A stretch of DNA of 64,000 nucleotides, taken from NCBI GenBank assembly GCA_947306495.1, contig CAMZGT010000003.1, forward strand, positions 29,850-93,849, given 5' to 3'. The translations under genes were made by a program, and so were the position numbers. This document shows positions 47,399 to 57,853 of this stretch, piece by piece. This stretch comes from an uncultured Acinetobacter sp. (lineage in GTDB: Bacteria > Cyanobacteriota > Vampirovibrionia > Gastranaerophilales > Gastranaerophilaceae). The first letter of the stretch is position 1; each line of letters starts with the position of its first letter. Under the pieces are notes generated by a model. That model saw only the letters and a list, made by a program, of their open reading frames with translations, searched no databases and was not told the origin of the DNA.

Positions 47399-47462
47399 AA
47401 TTTTTCTCCGCATAACTAATAGTAAAATATTATAAAGCACCAAATCTATGGTGCTTTAATTA

Positions 47463-47951
47463 TTATATACCTTGTTGATTATAACGTTCTTCATCGTATG
47501 CAATAATTTCTGACATAGATTGCCAATTGTCATAAATTTCTTCCGGTTTAAAGTAAATGTTAATTTCTCTTTCTGCGCTAGCAGGTGAATCAGATGCGTG
47601 CACAATATTGTATTCCATAATTTGACCAAAATCAGCACGAATAGTTCCGACATCTGCATTCAAAGGGTTTGTGGCACCAACAGTGTGGCGAACGCTTTCT
47701 ACCGCATTATAACCTTCTACAACCATTGCAACAATCGGTGCGCTTGTAATATAGTATATCAGTCTGTTATAGAACGGTTTACCTTTGTGTTCTTCATAGT
47801 GTTTTGCAGCTAATTCAGGAGTGACTTGTAATAACTTCATTCCTACAATCTTAAATCCTTTATCTTCAAAACGTTGGATAACTCTACCCATTAAACCTCT
47901 TTTAACCCCGTCAGGTTTAATTGCGACAAAAGTTCTTTCTTCTGATTTCAT
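47463..47951 (-). CDS. ndk: nucleoside diphosphate kinase
   Basis: ERTFVAIKPDGV and NIVHASDS motifs. Confidence 0.95.
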   Translation of the reverse strand: MKSEERTFVAIKPDGVKRGLMGRVIQRFEDKGFKIVGMKLLQVTPELAAKHYEEHKGKPFYNRLIYYITSAPIVAMVVEGYNAVESVRHTVGATNPLNADVGTIRADFGQIMEYNIVHASDSPASAEREINIYFKPEEIYDNWQSMSEIIAYDEERYNQQGI

Positions 47952-48028
47952 AGTCCCTCCCCTGTAATTTAAATCTCAACCTAGCAATATTAGACCATAA
48001 AAAGTGATAAATGTAAACTTAATAATTT

Positions 48029-49360
48029 CTATTTTCCTATACAGAAATGGTCAAATATGTTGTTTAAGATATCGTCTGTTATAAGTTCGCCTGTCAATTC
48101 ATCCAAAGCCAGAAGCGCAGATTTTACATCTATTGATATAAGATCTTGCAGTTCATGTAACTGTGCTGCTACCATTGCCTGTTCTATTGAGGTTTTAGCC
48201 TTGTTTAAACATTCTTGTTGTCTGGTGTTGGTTACAAACTCCAAATCCTCGGGATTTATGTCGCAAACAGTTTTTGTAAGTGTTTGTTTTAACTCAGCTA
48301 TGCCATCACCATTCAAAGCTGAAATATAAATTGTACCAGATGTTCTTGTTTCAGATAAATCGCACTTGTTTGCAATAACTATGTGTTTTTTATCTTTGAC
48401 CATATTTAAAATCTCTTCGTCTTCACTTTTTAATCCTTCTTTAGCATCGTAAATAAACAAAACTAAATCTGCTTCGCTGAGTGATTGTTTAGAATATTCA
48501 ATTCCGATTTCTTCGACCTTATTTACTCCTTCGTTTCTGATTCCTGCTGTATCAATAAGAGTAACGGGAACTCCTAAATCTAAAGTTTCTCTAAGAATAT
48601 CTCTTGTTGTACCTGCAATATCTGTAACTATAGCTCTGTTAAGACTTAAAAGTGCATTAAACAAAGATGATTTGCCAACATTCGGTTTTCCGACTATAGC
48701 GACGGAAATTCCTTGTCTAAAGATATTTGAAGTATTCGCACCTGATAAAATCTTATTAATAGAATCCTTTATTGCTTGGAAAGAATCAATCAAGTAATCA
48801 TAATCAGGTTCTAAGACATCTTCAGGAAAATCAATTCCTGCGGTTATTTTTGATAAAACTTCAAAAATGTCGTTTCTTATTTCACTAATTTTTTCTTTTA
48901 AAACTCCTGAAAGATTTTTTGTTGAAATTTTTGCAAAGTCGGATGTTTTAGAGTGAATAATATCAGCTACTGCTTCTGCTTGCGATAAATCCATTCTTTT
49001 ATTTAAGAATGCGCGTTTTGTAAATTCACCTCTCTCAGCAAGCCTTGCACCATTTTTTAAGACAAGGTTTAATATATTTTTGACAACGTTCACGCCGCCG
49101 TGACATTGAATTTCTGCAACATCCTCTCCCGTGTAACTGTTTGGTGCAAAAAAAGGTAAAACAATAACTTCATCTATTTTTTCTTTACCATCTTTTATCC
49201 AACCATGATTAAATTTTTTTGGTTCAAAGTTTGGGTTTGTAAAAATATTTTTTATTATATCAAAAGCTTTATCGCCTGATATTCTGATAATTCCAACTCC
49301 GCCTGTTCCAATTGGTGTTGCTATAGCTGTTATTGTATCAAATTCATCTAAAATATTCAT
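48029..49360 (-). CDS. mnmE: tRNA modification GTPase MnmE
   Basis: N-terminal TIAAIATP-type motif, G-domain GKPNVGKSS and C-terminal CIGK. Confidence 0.95.
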   Translation of the reverse strand: MNILDEFDTITAIATPIGTGGVGIIRISGDKAFDIIKNIFTNPNFEPKKFNHGWIKDGKEKIDEVIVLPFFAPNSYTGEDVAEIQCHGGVNVVKNILNLVLKNGARLAERGEFTKRAFLNKRMDLSQAEAVADIIHSKTSDFAKISTKNLSGVLKEKISEIRNDIFEVLSKITAGIDFPEDVLEPDYDYLIDSFQAIKDSINKILSGANTSNIFRQGISVAIVGKPNVGKSSLFNALLSLNRAIVTDIAGTTRDILRETLDLGVPVTLIDTAGIRNEGVNKVEEIGIEYSKQSLSEADLVLFIYDAKEGLKSEDEEILNMVKDKKHIVIANKCDLSETRTSGTIYISALNGDGIAELKQTLTKTVCDINPEDLEFVTNTRQQECLNKAKTSIEQAMVAAQLHELQDLISIDVKSALLALDELTGELITDDILNNIFDHFCIGK

Positions 49361-49506
49361 AAATCTATTTTAGCACGAACAGTTAATGCTATTTTCTAAT
49401 ATGCATTATAATAAGTATTTGGGTATATATAATTAACTTCTCCGATTGGGGAATTTATTGTTATTTTAAGTTGTTTAAATATAAAAAAGAGAAGGAGATA
49501 AATTTT

Positions 49507-49938
49507 ATGAGAAAAAGTTTTGTATTAGTGATATTAAGTTTTTTTCTTGCGTTTTGTGCTGCTCAAGCGGAAGATTCAATTGCTGTTGTGGATTTACAGA
49601 AAATAGTAAGCAATTCCGGACAAGTGAAACAACTTAAGATAGAGCACGCTAAAAAAATGGATGAATTAAATAAAATTATTGTTAATGCCAGAGGTGAGAT
49701 TTCAAATGAAACAGACGAAGCAAAAATATTGAAACTGGAAGAAAAATATACCAATGAATTTAATACAAAAAAAGCGGCCCTAGAAAAAGAATATAATAAC
49801 AGGCTGGAGAACATTGAAAGAAGTATTCGCGATGAAGTAACAAAAAAGGCTCAAAAGGATAAATATGATTATGTTTTTGCAAAAAGCGTTGTTTTGTATG
49901 GTGGCAAAGACATCACAAACGAAATAAATGTAAAGTAA
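49507..49938 (+). CDS. OmpH/Skp-family periplasmic chaperone
   Basis: Signal peptide followed by a coiled-coil K/E-rich body. The ATG at 49507 follows a GAAGGAG SD. Confidence 0.75.
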   Translation: MRKSFVLVILSFFLAFCAAQAEDSIAVVDLQKIVSNSGQVKQLKIEHAKKMDELNKIIVNARGEISNETDEAKILKLEEKYTNEFNTKKAALEKEYNNRLENIERSIRDEVTKKAQKDKYDYVFAKSVVLYGGKDITNEINVK

Positions 49939-50021
49939 AGTTTCAAATTTAAAAATTTTATTTACTTTTTTATATTGTATTGTGCTATAATGCGGGTATA
50001 AATAAATCAAGGAGAAAAAAT

Positions 50022-50501
50022 ATGAACAAAAAACTTTTACTCTCATTAAGCTTGATTATGACACTATCCATATCAACAATCAGCGCAATGGCAGAAACAA
50101 CAATCTACACAGATGAAATCGGCAGAATGCATTTCTTAGGAAAGGACCCGGGAACAGCAAACACCCAGTACAATTATGCAAATCCTGAACAGCAGGATTT
50201 AACAAGAAGGTTATATGAAAATTCTTCAAACACAGCGAATTATGTTGATTATCCTGTAAAAAATTATGACCAAACATTTGGTGCAGACAGACTTGATACT
50301 CAAAGTGTATGGAGAAACAGATACACAAATAATGTTGACGAAGCAAGAGTTACCAGGGAAGCAAAAGGTTCAATGACTGTGAGCAGAGGTACAACAGAGC
50401 GCGGTAATATGATAAATACTTCAATGACAGAGGGAGAAGCGTCGGAAACAAATATAATTAAAACAACCAATTCTAATAAGAAAAGATGGTTTTCGAAATA
50501 A
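50022..50501 (+). CDS. secreted hypothetical protein
   Basis: Signal peptide MNKKLLLSLSLIMTLSISTISAMA, and an ATG after a GGAG SD. Confidence 0.55.
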   Translation: MNKKLLLSLSLIMTLSISTISAMAETTIYTDEIGRMHFLGKDPGTANTQYNYANPEQQDLTRRLYENSSNTANYVDYPVKNYDQTFGADRLDTQSVWRNRYTNNVDEARVTREAKGSMTVSRGTTERGNMINTSMTEGEASETNIIKTTNSNKKRWFSK

Positions 50502-50510
50502 AAAATAAAA

Positions 50511-50581
50511 AAGTCGGTTTAAAACCGGCTTTTTTTAAGTTTGTAAAACATAGGCACAAGGGTTATACCCTTGCGCCTATG
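50511..50581 (+). terminator. two tandem hairpin terminators
   Basis: AGTCGGTTT-A-AAACCGGCT plus a T-run, then CATAGGCACAAGGG-TTAT-ACCCTTGCGCCTATG plus a T-run. Confidence 0.7.
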
Positions 50582-50611
50582 TTTTATTTAAGTTATTATA
50601 AAAATGTTCTT

Positions 50612-50682
50612 TCCCGGATCGTCTAGTGGCAGGACTGAAGATTCTGGCTCTTCCAACGGTGGTTCGAATCCATCTCCGGGAG
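50612..50682 (+). tRNA. tRNA-Gln (anticodon CTG), CCA not encoded
   Basis: Hand-folded: acceptor TCCCGGA/TCCGGGA (U1-A72 as in Gln tRNAs), anticodon stem GAAGA/TCTTC with loop TTCTGGC, T arm GGTGG-TTCGAAT-CCATC, discriminator G. Confidence 0.85.
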
Positions 50683-50943
50683 TTTTTAGCTTATAAATTA
50701 TGATTGATAATGGATGAGAGCTACATTATTTCACATAATTGGACAATTACAACCACGCAGGAAGAACTTGATTCGTTCGGTAATGATGGTTTAGTTGAAA
50801 TAGGCTTAGAATAAGCGAAAATATTTCGGTAAATCATACTATTTAGATGTGTATTAGGAAAATAAAAATTAAAAGACAGGTAAGTAATTATTAAAAATTT
50901 TTACAAGAACTACTAAGGACGATAGTTTTAACTAATTATAGAA

Positions 50944-51270
50944 TTATTTTTTCTTGCCTTCATCTCCTGTCGCAAGTCCGCCAATGATTCCTCCTATTTG
51001 AGCTCCAAAGCCTGCACTTGCAGCTCCTAAACCGGTTGCACCTACAGCTGCTACAGCTGCTGCTGCACCGCCTGTAGCTATAATCACTGCAGCTGTAGCC
51101 AACCCTGCTACTGCACCACCTAACATTCCCAAAAGTGCTCCTCTATCACTTTTAAATGCAGGGTTTGTCAGTCGTAGTTCAGAATTGCAGCAAGGAGTTG
51201 ATTTTGGTTCATTAGAAATTCTTGCCGGTTTGCTAAATGTTTGAATTGTATTAATTGGCTGTACTCTCAT
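50944..51270 (-). CDS. small Gly/Ala-rich (glycine-zipper) membrane protein
   Basis: 108-aa ORF. The C-terminal 60 aa are G/A-rich GxxxG repeats, and the N-terminus is MRVQPINTIQ...NPAFKSDRG. Confidence 0.55.
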   Translation of the reverse strand: MRVQPINTIQTFSKPARISNEPKSTPCCNSELRLTNPAFKSDRGALLGMLGGAVAGLATAAVIIATGGAAAAVAAVGATGLGAASAGFGAQIGGIIGGLATGDEGKKK

Positions 51271-51381
51271 ATCAGAAATCTCCTATATACATTTATTTTA
51301 TAAATTAAATTTTAATAGTCAATAACATACAAAACTTGATTATAAGTAAGAAAATGTTATAATAAGCAAAAAGGTGTAAGT

Positions 51382-51813
51382 ATGAAAAATTTGTTATTAA
51401 TTGCAGTATTTAGTTTACCGCTATTGGTACTTGCAGAAGAAAACATTTCTATTAACGGTGTTGATGAGCCTGCTTGGAAAGATTTTGCTCCGCCTGCATA
51501 CGTAGATGTAAAAGCTCCTAAAGGACTTGGGAAATTTAACGATACTTCAGTGTATTGGTATAAGCGTAAAGTCGAATTCGAAAACGGAATCGAGCAATGC
51601 AGAGCAATAGAAGCCAATGATGCTAAATTTTCATGCTATCAACAGCTAAAAGTTAAGCAATACCAGAAAAATAGTGATTATAATGCTCGTTTGGAAGCAA
51701 TAAATAACGCAAAAATGGTCCCTCAGGAAATGTATGACAGAACTAATAATATGATTCCTTTAGGCAGTCAAATTAATAATTTTATGCGTTATCAGCCAAA
51801 TGAATTTAATTAA
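51382..51813 (+). CDS. secreted hypothetical protein
   Basis: Signal peptide MKNLLLIAVFSLPLLVLA in a 143-aa ORF. Confidence 0.55.
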   Translation: MKNLLLIAVFSLPLLVLAEENISINGVDEPAWKDFAPPAYVDVKAPKGLGKFNDTSVYWYKRKVEFENGIEQCRAIEANDAKFSCYQQLKVKQYQKNSDYNARLEAINNAKMVPQEMYDRTNNMIPLGSQINNFMRYQPNEFN

Positions 51814-52399
51814 AATTTAACGTATTTAAATATCTTAGAACTTCTCTCAAAGCAACAGAGCGATGAGAAATTTTGTTTTTTTCATCTTCTGTAAGTTCAG
51901 CCATAGTTTTGCTATAACCTTTAGGTAAAAATATAGGATCATATCCAAAGCCATTAACACCTTTTGCTTCATTTATAATAGAACCTGCACATTTCCCTTG
52001 ATATTTAAATTCAACCTCCCCGCTTGGATTAATCAGTGTCATAGCGCAAGTAAAATGAGCATTTCTTTTTTCTGTCGGCACATTGTCAAGTTCATTTAAA
52101 ACTCTTTGAATACGCAAAGCAGGTGTTTGGGCATAACGTGCAGAGTAAATCCCGGGATTACCGTTAAGAGCATCTATACAAAGTCCTGAATCGTCGGCTA
52201 ATGACCAGGTATGTGAAATTTTCCAAGCAGCAAGTGCTTTTATATAAGAATTCTCCTCAAAAGTACTTCCATTTTCTATCGGGTCAAATCCTTCAGGAGG
52301 TAATACAAATTCTACAGATAAATGCGGAGAAAATTTTTTGACTATTTCATTAATCTCTTGAACTTTATGCTTATTTGATGATGCTAAAACTATATTCAT
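51806..52399 (-). CDS. rdgB: dITP/XTP pyrophosphatase (RdgB/HAM1 family)
   Basis: IVLASSNKHKVQE and GFGYDPIF motifs. Confidence 0.9.
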   Translation of the reverse strand: MNIVLASSNKHKVQEINEIVKKFSPHLSVEFVLPPEGFDPIENGSTFEENSYIKALAAWKISHTWSLADDSGLCIDALNGNPGIYSARYAQTPALRIQRVLNELDNVPTEKRNAHFTCAMTLINPSGEVEFKYQGKCAGSIINEAKGVNGFGYDPIFLPKGYSKTMAELTEDEKNKISHRSVALREVLRYLNTLNFN

Positions 52400-52401
52400 A
52401 C

Positions 52402-53190
52402 TTAAATCCTTTTATTATAATAAGTAATCTCTTTTTCTGTATCAAGCTTATTGGACTTACTGAAAATTTTCGTCGGTAATCCAAGTTTAGACAGCCTGTA
52501 TTCCACACTCGTCAACAGAACCTCCAAACCATATTTGCAAGAGCGTGAAAAGTTTATGGAAGAAGCCTCCGGAAAATATTTCGTCGGGCAGGAAATTTCT
52601 CCTATTTTGTAGTTATTATAAAGGATAAGAGCTAACATTTGATTATCAAAAATAAAGTCATCACTGCAATCTTCAAGAGGCAAATTCTCTAAAATCTTTC
52701 TTGTAAAACCGCGGAAACCTGTATGATATTCCGACAATTTTTCACCCAATAAAAAATTTTGAAACTCTGTAAGAAATCTGTTTGATACGTATTTATAAAA
52801 AGGCATACCACCTTTTAGAGCAGAATTACCCAACATCCTTGAAGCTATTACCGCATCATATTCTTCAAATGCCATCATAGAAGCTATTGCAGGAATAAGT
52901 TTTGGGGTATATTGATAGTCAGGATGAAGCATAATTACAATATCGGCATTTGCCTTTAATGCTGCACGATAACAAGTTTTTTGATTTGCACCATATCCTT
53001 TGTTATGTTCATGAACAATCGTAGTAATATTAAGTTTTTTGGCAATGTCCTTAGTTTCATCAAAAGAGAAATCGTCGACAAGAATAATCTCATCGACGAA
53101 ATTTTGATAAATCTCATTATAAGTCTTTTCCAAAGTCTTTTCTGCATTATATGCAGGCATTATAACTACGACTTTTTTATCATTTAACAT
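52402..53190 (-). CDS. family 2 glycosyltransferase
   Basis: [13 protein letters not shown] and a DxD-like VDDFSFD motif. Confidence 0.85.
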   Translation of the reverse strand: MLNDKKVVVIMPAYNAEKTLEKTYNEIYQNFVDEIILVDDFSFDETKDIAKKLNITTIVHEHNKGYGANQKTCYRAALKANADIVIMLHPDYQYTPKLIPAIASMMAFEEYDAVIASRMLGNSALKGGMPFYKYVSNRFLTEFQNFLLGEKLSEYHTGFRGFTRKILENLPLEDCSDDFIFDNQMLALILYNNYKIGEISCPTKYFPEASSINFSRSCKYGLEVLLTSVEYRLSKLGLPTKIFSKSNKLDTEKEITYYNKRI

Positions 53191-53195
53191 TATAA

Positions 53196-53546
53196 TTAAT
53201 TTTCAGCCTCTTCAGGAACTTCACTGTTTCTGATTGTAGCTTTATCAGATGACAAAGCTTTGTCTTTAAACTTTTTGACTTGTCTGTCAAGCTTGTCTGC
53301 CAAAAGGTCAATACTAGCGTACATTGACTCTGCTGATTCTTCGCAATGAACAACTCCTGTATTCATTTTACAAGAAACTTCCGCTACGTGCTTGCCGGTA
53401 GCAGCAGGGTTTTTGATAACTGAAAGGATTACGTCAATTCCTGTGATTTGGTCGTAGTGATTTACTACTTTACCAACTTTTTCTTTAACATAAGCCTTGA
53501 TAGCATCGGTAATTTCAATATTTTTACCGTTTACGTGTATATGCAT
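53196..53546 (-). CDS. hpf: ribosome hibernation promoting factor (HPF/RaiA, short form)
   Basis: The [25 protein letters not shown]-terminus is typical of the S30AE family. Confidence 0.85.
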   Translation of the reverse strand: MHIHVNGKNIEITDAIKAYVKEKVGKVVNHYDQITGIDVILSVIKNPAATGKHVAEVSCKMNTGVVHCEESAESMYASIDLLADKLDRQVKKFKDKALSSDKATIRNSEVPEEAEN

Positions 53547-53634
53547 TCGTACCTCCTAATATACTACCTTTTTATTATAGCGCATTAAATCCCTTTTTTA
53601 AAGAGGGGGCATTTAATACAAAATTTATGCAAAA

Positions 53635-53850
53635 TTATTCAATTATTTGTGGTAGTTCTACGTTAGGAGCACCAATTGTTCTAACTAATTCTAAAACTGC
53701 AGCCTTCATTTGACATTTTTGCGCTGTTGCACTGAAAAAGTCGCTATAAAAACAACCTTCACAAACACAGCCTCTTTTATAACATTCTAATGCCGTTGGT
53801 GTCCATCTTTTAACGGCAATAGCTCTCCCCATATCACGACTTTTGAACAC
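53635..53850 (-). CDS. small Cys-rich hypothetical protein
   Basis: 71-aa ORF (alternative start at 53832) with a C..GCVCEGC cluster. Confidence 0.45.
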   Translation of the reverse strand: MFKSRDMGRAIAVKRWTPTALECYKRGCVCEGCFYSDFFSATAQKCQMKAAVLELVRTIGAPNVELPQIIE

Positions 53851-54157
53851 TTATTTCCTCCGAAAAATAATTAAAATCAATATGTAAAAAACTCTTTTAT
53901 TAAGAACTATCCCCAATTAGTTCTCAATCCATATTTTTATTATATAGACTAAGAACTCTTTTACAACCCATTTTATGTTAATTGTTAAGTTTTTTTAAAT
54001 TCTTGATTATCGCTGTAAATATTGAGTCATAGCGTTTTTAAACATGCTAAAAATTTATGCCTGCATGGTTTTAGCGATTTGAATCATGAAAACACATGCT
54101 AAACGCATGTTTGCATGTTATCAGCAAAAGGTTAAGTTTTGTAACGATGTCGGCATG

Positions 54158-55477
54158 TCATGCCAAATTGTCGATTACCTTTTCGAACTTCATGCTTCTT
54201 GAAGCCTTTAAAAACATGGGTAAAGCCGGGTTAATACTTGTTTTTATGTATTTGCAAGCATTTTCAATGCTGTCAAAATGTTTTGTTTCACAACGGTTTA
54301 TATTATCAGAAATATTTTTGCTCAAACTTCCTATAGTAATTATTTTAGCATTTTTATTAAGCTTTTTATGTTCGTTTATGTAACCGCCAAGTTCACTGTG
54401 ATATCGATTTTCTTCTTCTCCTAGCTCTCCCATATCGCCTAAAACGATTGTATAATTAGGATATAGCTCGAAAATAGTATTTATAAAAGCTCGCATTGAT
54501 TCGGGATTGGCGTTGTAACTATCATTTATTATTTCAAATTTTCCTGATTTTACGACTTCCCAACGTTTTTCTATCGGGTGATATTTTTTTAATCCTTTTT
54601 TTATTTCTTCTGTTGATTCTCCGAGTTTTAGTCCGACATTTATTGCGGCTAAAGCATTTTCTACATTATAGTCCCCGCCGACGTTGAGTTCATATATTTC
54701 ACTGTTATAATTGAATCTGGAGTAATGCGCAGATTTTTCAATGATTTCAACATCTTTTACCGAATAATATATTTTTTCTCCGTTGAAATTAACAGTTTTC
54801 TTTATTATTTCATCATTATGTGCTATAAAGACATTACCCCGCTGATATTTAACGATTTCGCATTTAGCTTTTGCTATATTTTCTCTTGAACCGAGTCTGC
54901 CGATGTGAGCAGTTCCGACATTAGAAATGACTGTTATGTCAGGTTCTGAATATTTTGACAAAAGTTCAATTTCTCCAAGCCCTCGCATTCCCATCTCCAA
55001 AACAAGGACTTCGGTATCATCAGGAGTTTCAAATATAGTTTGGCAAAACCCTATTTCATTGTTATGGTTTAGAGGCGTTTTAAAAGTTTTAAATTTCTCT
55101 GATAGCACAGAAGCTATAATTTCTTTTGTAGTTGTTTTCCCGGAACTTCCTGTTACGGCAACGATTTTGAAATTCAACTTATTTCTGCGCCAATTTGCAA
55201 GTTGAAGATACGCAGTGAGTGTGTTTGGAACTTGTAATGAAATTCCGTCCGCATTATTAGGTTCTGTACAGAAATATCCTGTCGCTCCTTTTTCTACGGC
55301 TTGCGTTATGAATTTTTCTCCGTCAAAAGAAGCTCCTTTAAGTGGCAGATAAAAATCTCCCGATTGGATTGTCCTTGTATCAGTAGAAATTCTTGCCTCT
55401 TTATTTAAAATTTCTTCTGTTAAATTATTTTCATTTATACTAGCATTTGTTGCTTTTATTAAATCTTCAATCCTCAT
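54158..55477 (-). CDS. murF: UDP-N-acetylmuramoyl-tripeptide--D-alanyl-D-alanine ligase
   Basis: VAVTGSSGKTTTKE P-loop and NDSYNANPESM motif. Confidence 0.9.
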   Translation of the reverse strand: MRIEDLIKATNASINENNLTEEILNKEARISTDTRTIQSGDFYLPLKGASFDGEKFITQAVEKGATGYFCTEPNNADGISLQVPNTLTAYLQLANWRRNKLNFKIVAVTGSSGKTTTKEIIASVLSEKFKTFKTPLNHNNEIGFCQTIFETPDDTEVLVLEMGMRGLGEIELLSKYSEPDITVISNVGTAHIGRLGSRENIAKAKCEIVKYQRGNVFIAHNDEIIKKTVNFNGEKIYYSVKDVEIIEKSAHYSRFNYNSEIYELNVGGDYNVENALAAINVGLKLGESTEEIKKGLKKYHPIEKRWEVVKSGKFEIINDSYNANPESMRAFINTIFELYPNYTIVLGDMGELGEEENRYHSELGGYINEHKKLNKNAKIITIGSLSKNISDNINRCETKHFDSIENACKYIKTSINPALPMFLKASRSMKFEKVIDNLA

Positions 55478-55657
55478 ATTGTTATTTTACTATAAAATTT
55501 AAAAATACATTGCAAGGATTTATGTGTAAGGTTTTGTCTTTTAATGTAAGCGAAAAGTTAAAAAAGATTGTTTATGTTAATTTTTGTAAAATTTTGCTGA
55601 TTTAAAACTTTGTTTAGCAACAAAATTTTGAAAAAGTACACAATATTTACATTAAGC

Positions 55658-55686
55658 TTGACTAGTATTGAATATCTTGGTAAAAT
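55658..55686 (+). promoter_or_regulatory. sigma70-like promoter upstream of the prepilin gene
   Basis: TTGACT, 17 nt spacer, then TAAAAT, about 65 nt upstream of the 55750 start. Confidence 0.4.
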
Positions 55687-55749
55687 TATAATATAGGCTT
55701 AGTAGAAAAATTTTAGGTTTTATTAATAAGAAGAGAAAGGAAAAATTCT

Positions 55750-56412
55750 ATGAAGAAGTACGGTTTTACTCTTGCAGAAGTTTTGATCACATTGGCTATC
55801 ATAGGTGTAGTCGCAACATTAACACTCCCTGCCCTTATGACAAATACTGCAGAACAACAATACATGACCGGTCTTAAAAAAGGTATTAATACTATTTCAG
55901 AAGCAGGGCAAATGAGTGAATCACTTGCAGGATTCAATTTCAGTAGTATAGCAGATGCTAGTGCCGGTAAAGGTAGCTGTGCGGAAGGGACTCAATCCAT
56001 CTACTGTCTTTTTGAAAAACGTGCAAAAATAGATGACATGAAATCAGGAGATGCAAATAAAGCTCCTGTAAGTAAACTTTACACTCAAGATGGTGACATT
56101 AAACAAGATGGTAATTTTGTAATTTTCTTCCAAGATGGTACAGCATTGTCATATAATCCAAAAGCAAATGAAACAACGAAAGCATATAACCTGGATGCGT
56201 TATTTGACGTAAACGGTGCTAAAGGACCAAACCTAATTTCCAATTGTAGTAAAAAATTAACGGCAAGAACTGTTGGTGATAGTGGAGCGTCTGATGATGA
56301 TGCTTGTACAAATAAAGATAATCGTGTAATTCGTGACCAATTCCCTGTTAGATTGGAGGGATCTTCAGTAGCACCTTCAACATCAGTTGGACGTTGGGTA
56401 ATGGGTAATTAA
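55750..56412 (+). CDS. prepilin-type N-terminal cleavage/methylation domain protein (type IV pilin or pseudopilin)
   Basis: MKKYGFTLAEVLITLAIIGVVATLTLPAL has a class III signal with G-F and E at +5. Confidence 0.9.
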   Translation: MKKYGFTLAEVLITLAIIGVVATLTLPALMTNTAEQQYMTGLKKGINTISEAGQMSESLAGFNFSSIADASAGKGSCAEGTQSIYCLFEKRAKIDDMKSGDANKAPVSKLYTQDGDIKQDGNFVIFFQDGTALSYNPKANETTKAYNLDALFDVNGAKGPNLISNCSKKLTARTVGDSGASDDDACTNKDNRVIRDQFPVRLEGSSVAPSTSVGRWVMGN

Positions 56413-56442
56413 TAAAGAGTAAAAACCTAAATATAATAAAAA

Positions 56443-56473
56443 ACAGGACTCAGAATGAGTCCTGTTTTTTTTC
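56443..56473 (+). terminator. rho-independent terminator after the pilin gene
   Basis: ACAGGACTC-AGAAT-GAGTCCTGT followed by T8. Confidence 0.85.
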
Positions 56474-56573
56474 TTTTATATTTTAAATATATTGTCATTC
56501 TCAGATGAGTAAATATAATTTTGACTTAAATTGTAACCAACCCAACGTCATTCAAGCCTGCACTAAAACCAAA

Positions 56574-57689
56574 CTAATCTGCCGAATCTGCCGCCATTGC
56601 ACCCAAATAATTTGAATCAATAGCAATTGTATTTCTGATAAATGAATGCGCCATCAAAAGTAAATACGGATTCATTTCATTCGTTGCGGATAAATTAACC
56701 TTAGCTTCCTGTCTTTCCGCATCTTCTGTCCTTATCGGAGTAACGGTTTCTATATCAATAGTTGTATTCATGGCGTGTGCAGAGCTTTCATCCAGCAAGC
56801 TTTTTTGTAAAGTCTTTTTAGGAAAACTGTCCGAGCAAATTATATATGCCTCAACCGAATTTGAAGTAGTTAGTGTAAATACACCTTTTACGTTTCCGTA
56901 ATGTATTGTTTGTATAAGCACAGTAAGTTTTGAATCAACAGATTCATTTTCACCGTTTTGGGTTTCGATTTCCAAATCAAATCCGATTCCTTCATTAAGC
57001 GGAAGCCAAGGCAGGTAAAGCATCATTAGGCTTTTAAGAGTCTGTGCGGGATTTCCTGACTCTGCCATTGAAACACAAGAATTTATTACGTTAATTGTGT
57101 CACGAATTTGTTCGCTTGTCATACCGCTCTTAGAAGCGGAAGCCATAGCTATAATAAGTCCCGCAACGGCTTGTTTACTGTTTTTAAGAATTATTTCCGA
57201 TATAACTGGCATATGAATCATTCCTGAAAAGAAAAGCATTACTGCATCATTTTTTGCAGGTTGAGGAGCATTTTGCACAGCATTTTGAATTGCATTAAGA
57301 TTTAATTGAGCGTTTTCATCAAAAATTTGGCTTAAAACTTTTTGATTGGAAAGTAATTCTTTATTTATTTCATTAAGTAATAATGTATTTGAATTTATGG
57401 GAGTATTGCTCTGAGCGGCTAAAAGCAGTTCACCTAATGTTTGCGGCAGTCCAAGCAAATTTTTTATATATACTGCTCTGTCCATATTTGCAATTTGATT
57501 CATTTGCAATTGATTATTCATTGCCATTGTCGCTTGAGGACTGAGCACAGCCGCCGGTTTTTGTTGAGTGAATGCTGAACTGAAGTTTTTATCACCTATA
57601 TTTGTTGAATCAGGTTGTTGCAATCTTTTCAAATATAATGCAGGATTTCTGAGCCCTGCAAGTATTTTTCCGACATTAAATCCATCCAT
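56574..57689 (-). CDS. hypothetical protein
   Basis: 371-aa ORF with a Q/N-rich N-terminal third. No recognised family. Confidence 0.55.
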   Translation of the reverse strand: MDGFNVGKILAGLRNPALYLKRLQQPDSTNIGDKNFSSAFTQQKPAAVLSPQATMAMNNQLQMNQIANMDRAVYIKNLLGLPQTLGELLLAAQSNTPINSNTLLLNEINKELLSNQKVLSQIFDENAQLNLNAIQNAVQNAPQPAKNDAVMLFFSGMIHMPVISEIILKNSKQAVAGLIIAMASASKSGMTSEQIRDTINVINSCVSMAESGNPAQTLKSLMMLYLPWLPLNEGIGFDLEIETQNGENESVDSKLTVLIQTIHYGNVKGVFTLTTSNSVEAYIICSDSFPKKTLQKSLLDESSAHAMNTTIDIETVTPIRTEDAERQEAKVNLSATNEMNPYLLLMAHSFIRNTIAIDSNYLGAMAADSAD

Positions 57690-57853
57690 ATACTACTATT
57701 ATAACAATTATGAAGTAAAAGTAAATAAAAGTAGAGGCTGGTTATGTACGAATGATATTTATTTTATTCAGAACAAGAAACTTTCCAAATATAGATTTAT
57801 CTCCTCCTTAATTATTTGAATATATGCTATAATAATAAAAAAGGATTTAGCAT

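Noticed and set aside
50722-50826. 34-codon ORF right after tRNA-Gln as a possible integrase or phage gene remnant.
   Set aside because: It is too short, has no recognisable motif, and no matching att repeat was seen in the window. It is mentioned only as context in the tRNA-Gln finding.
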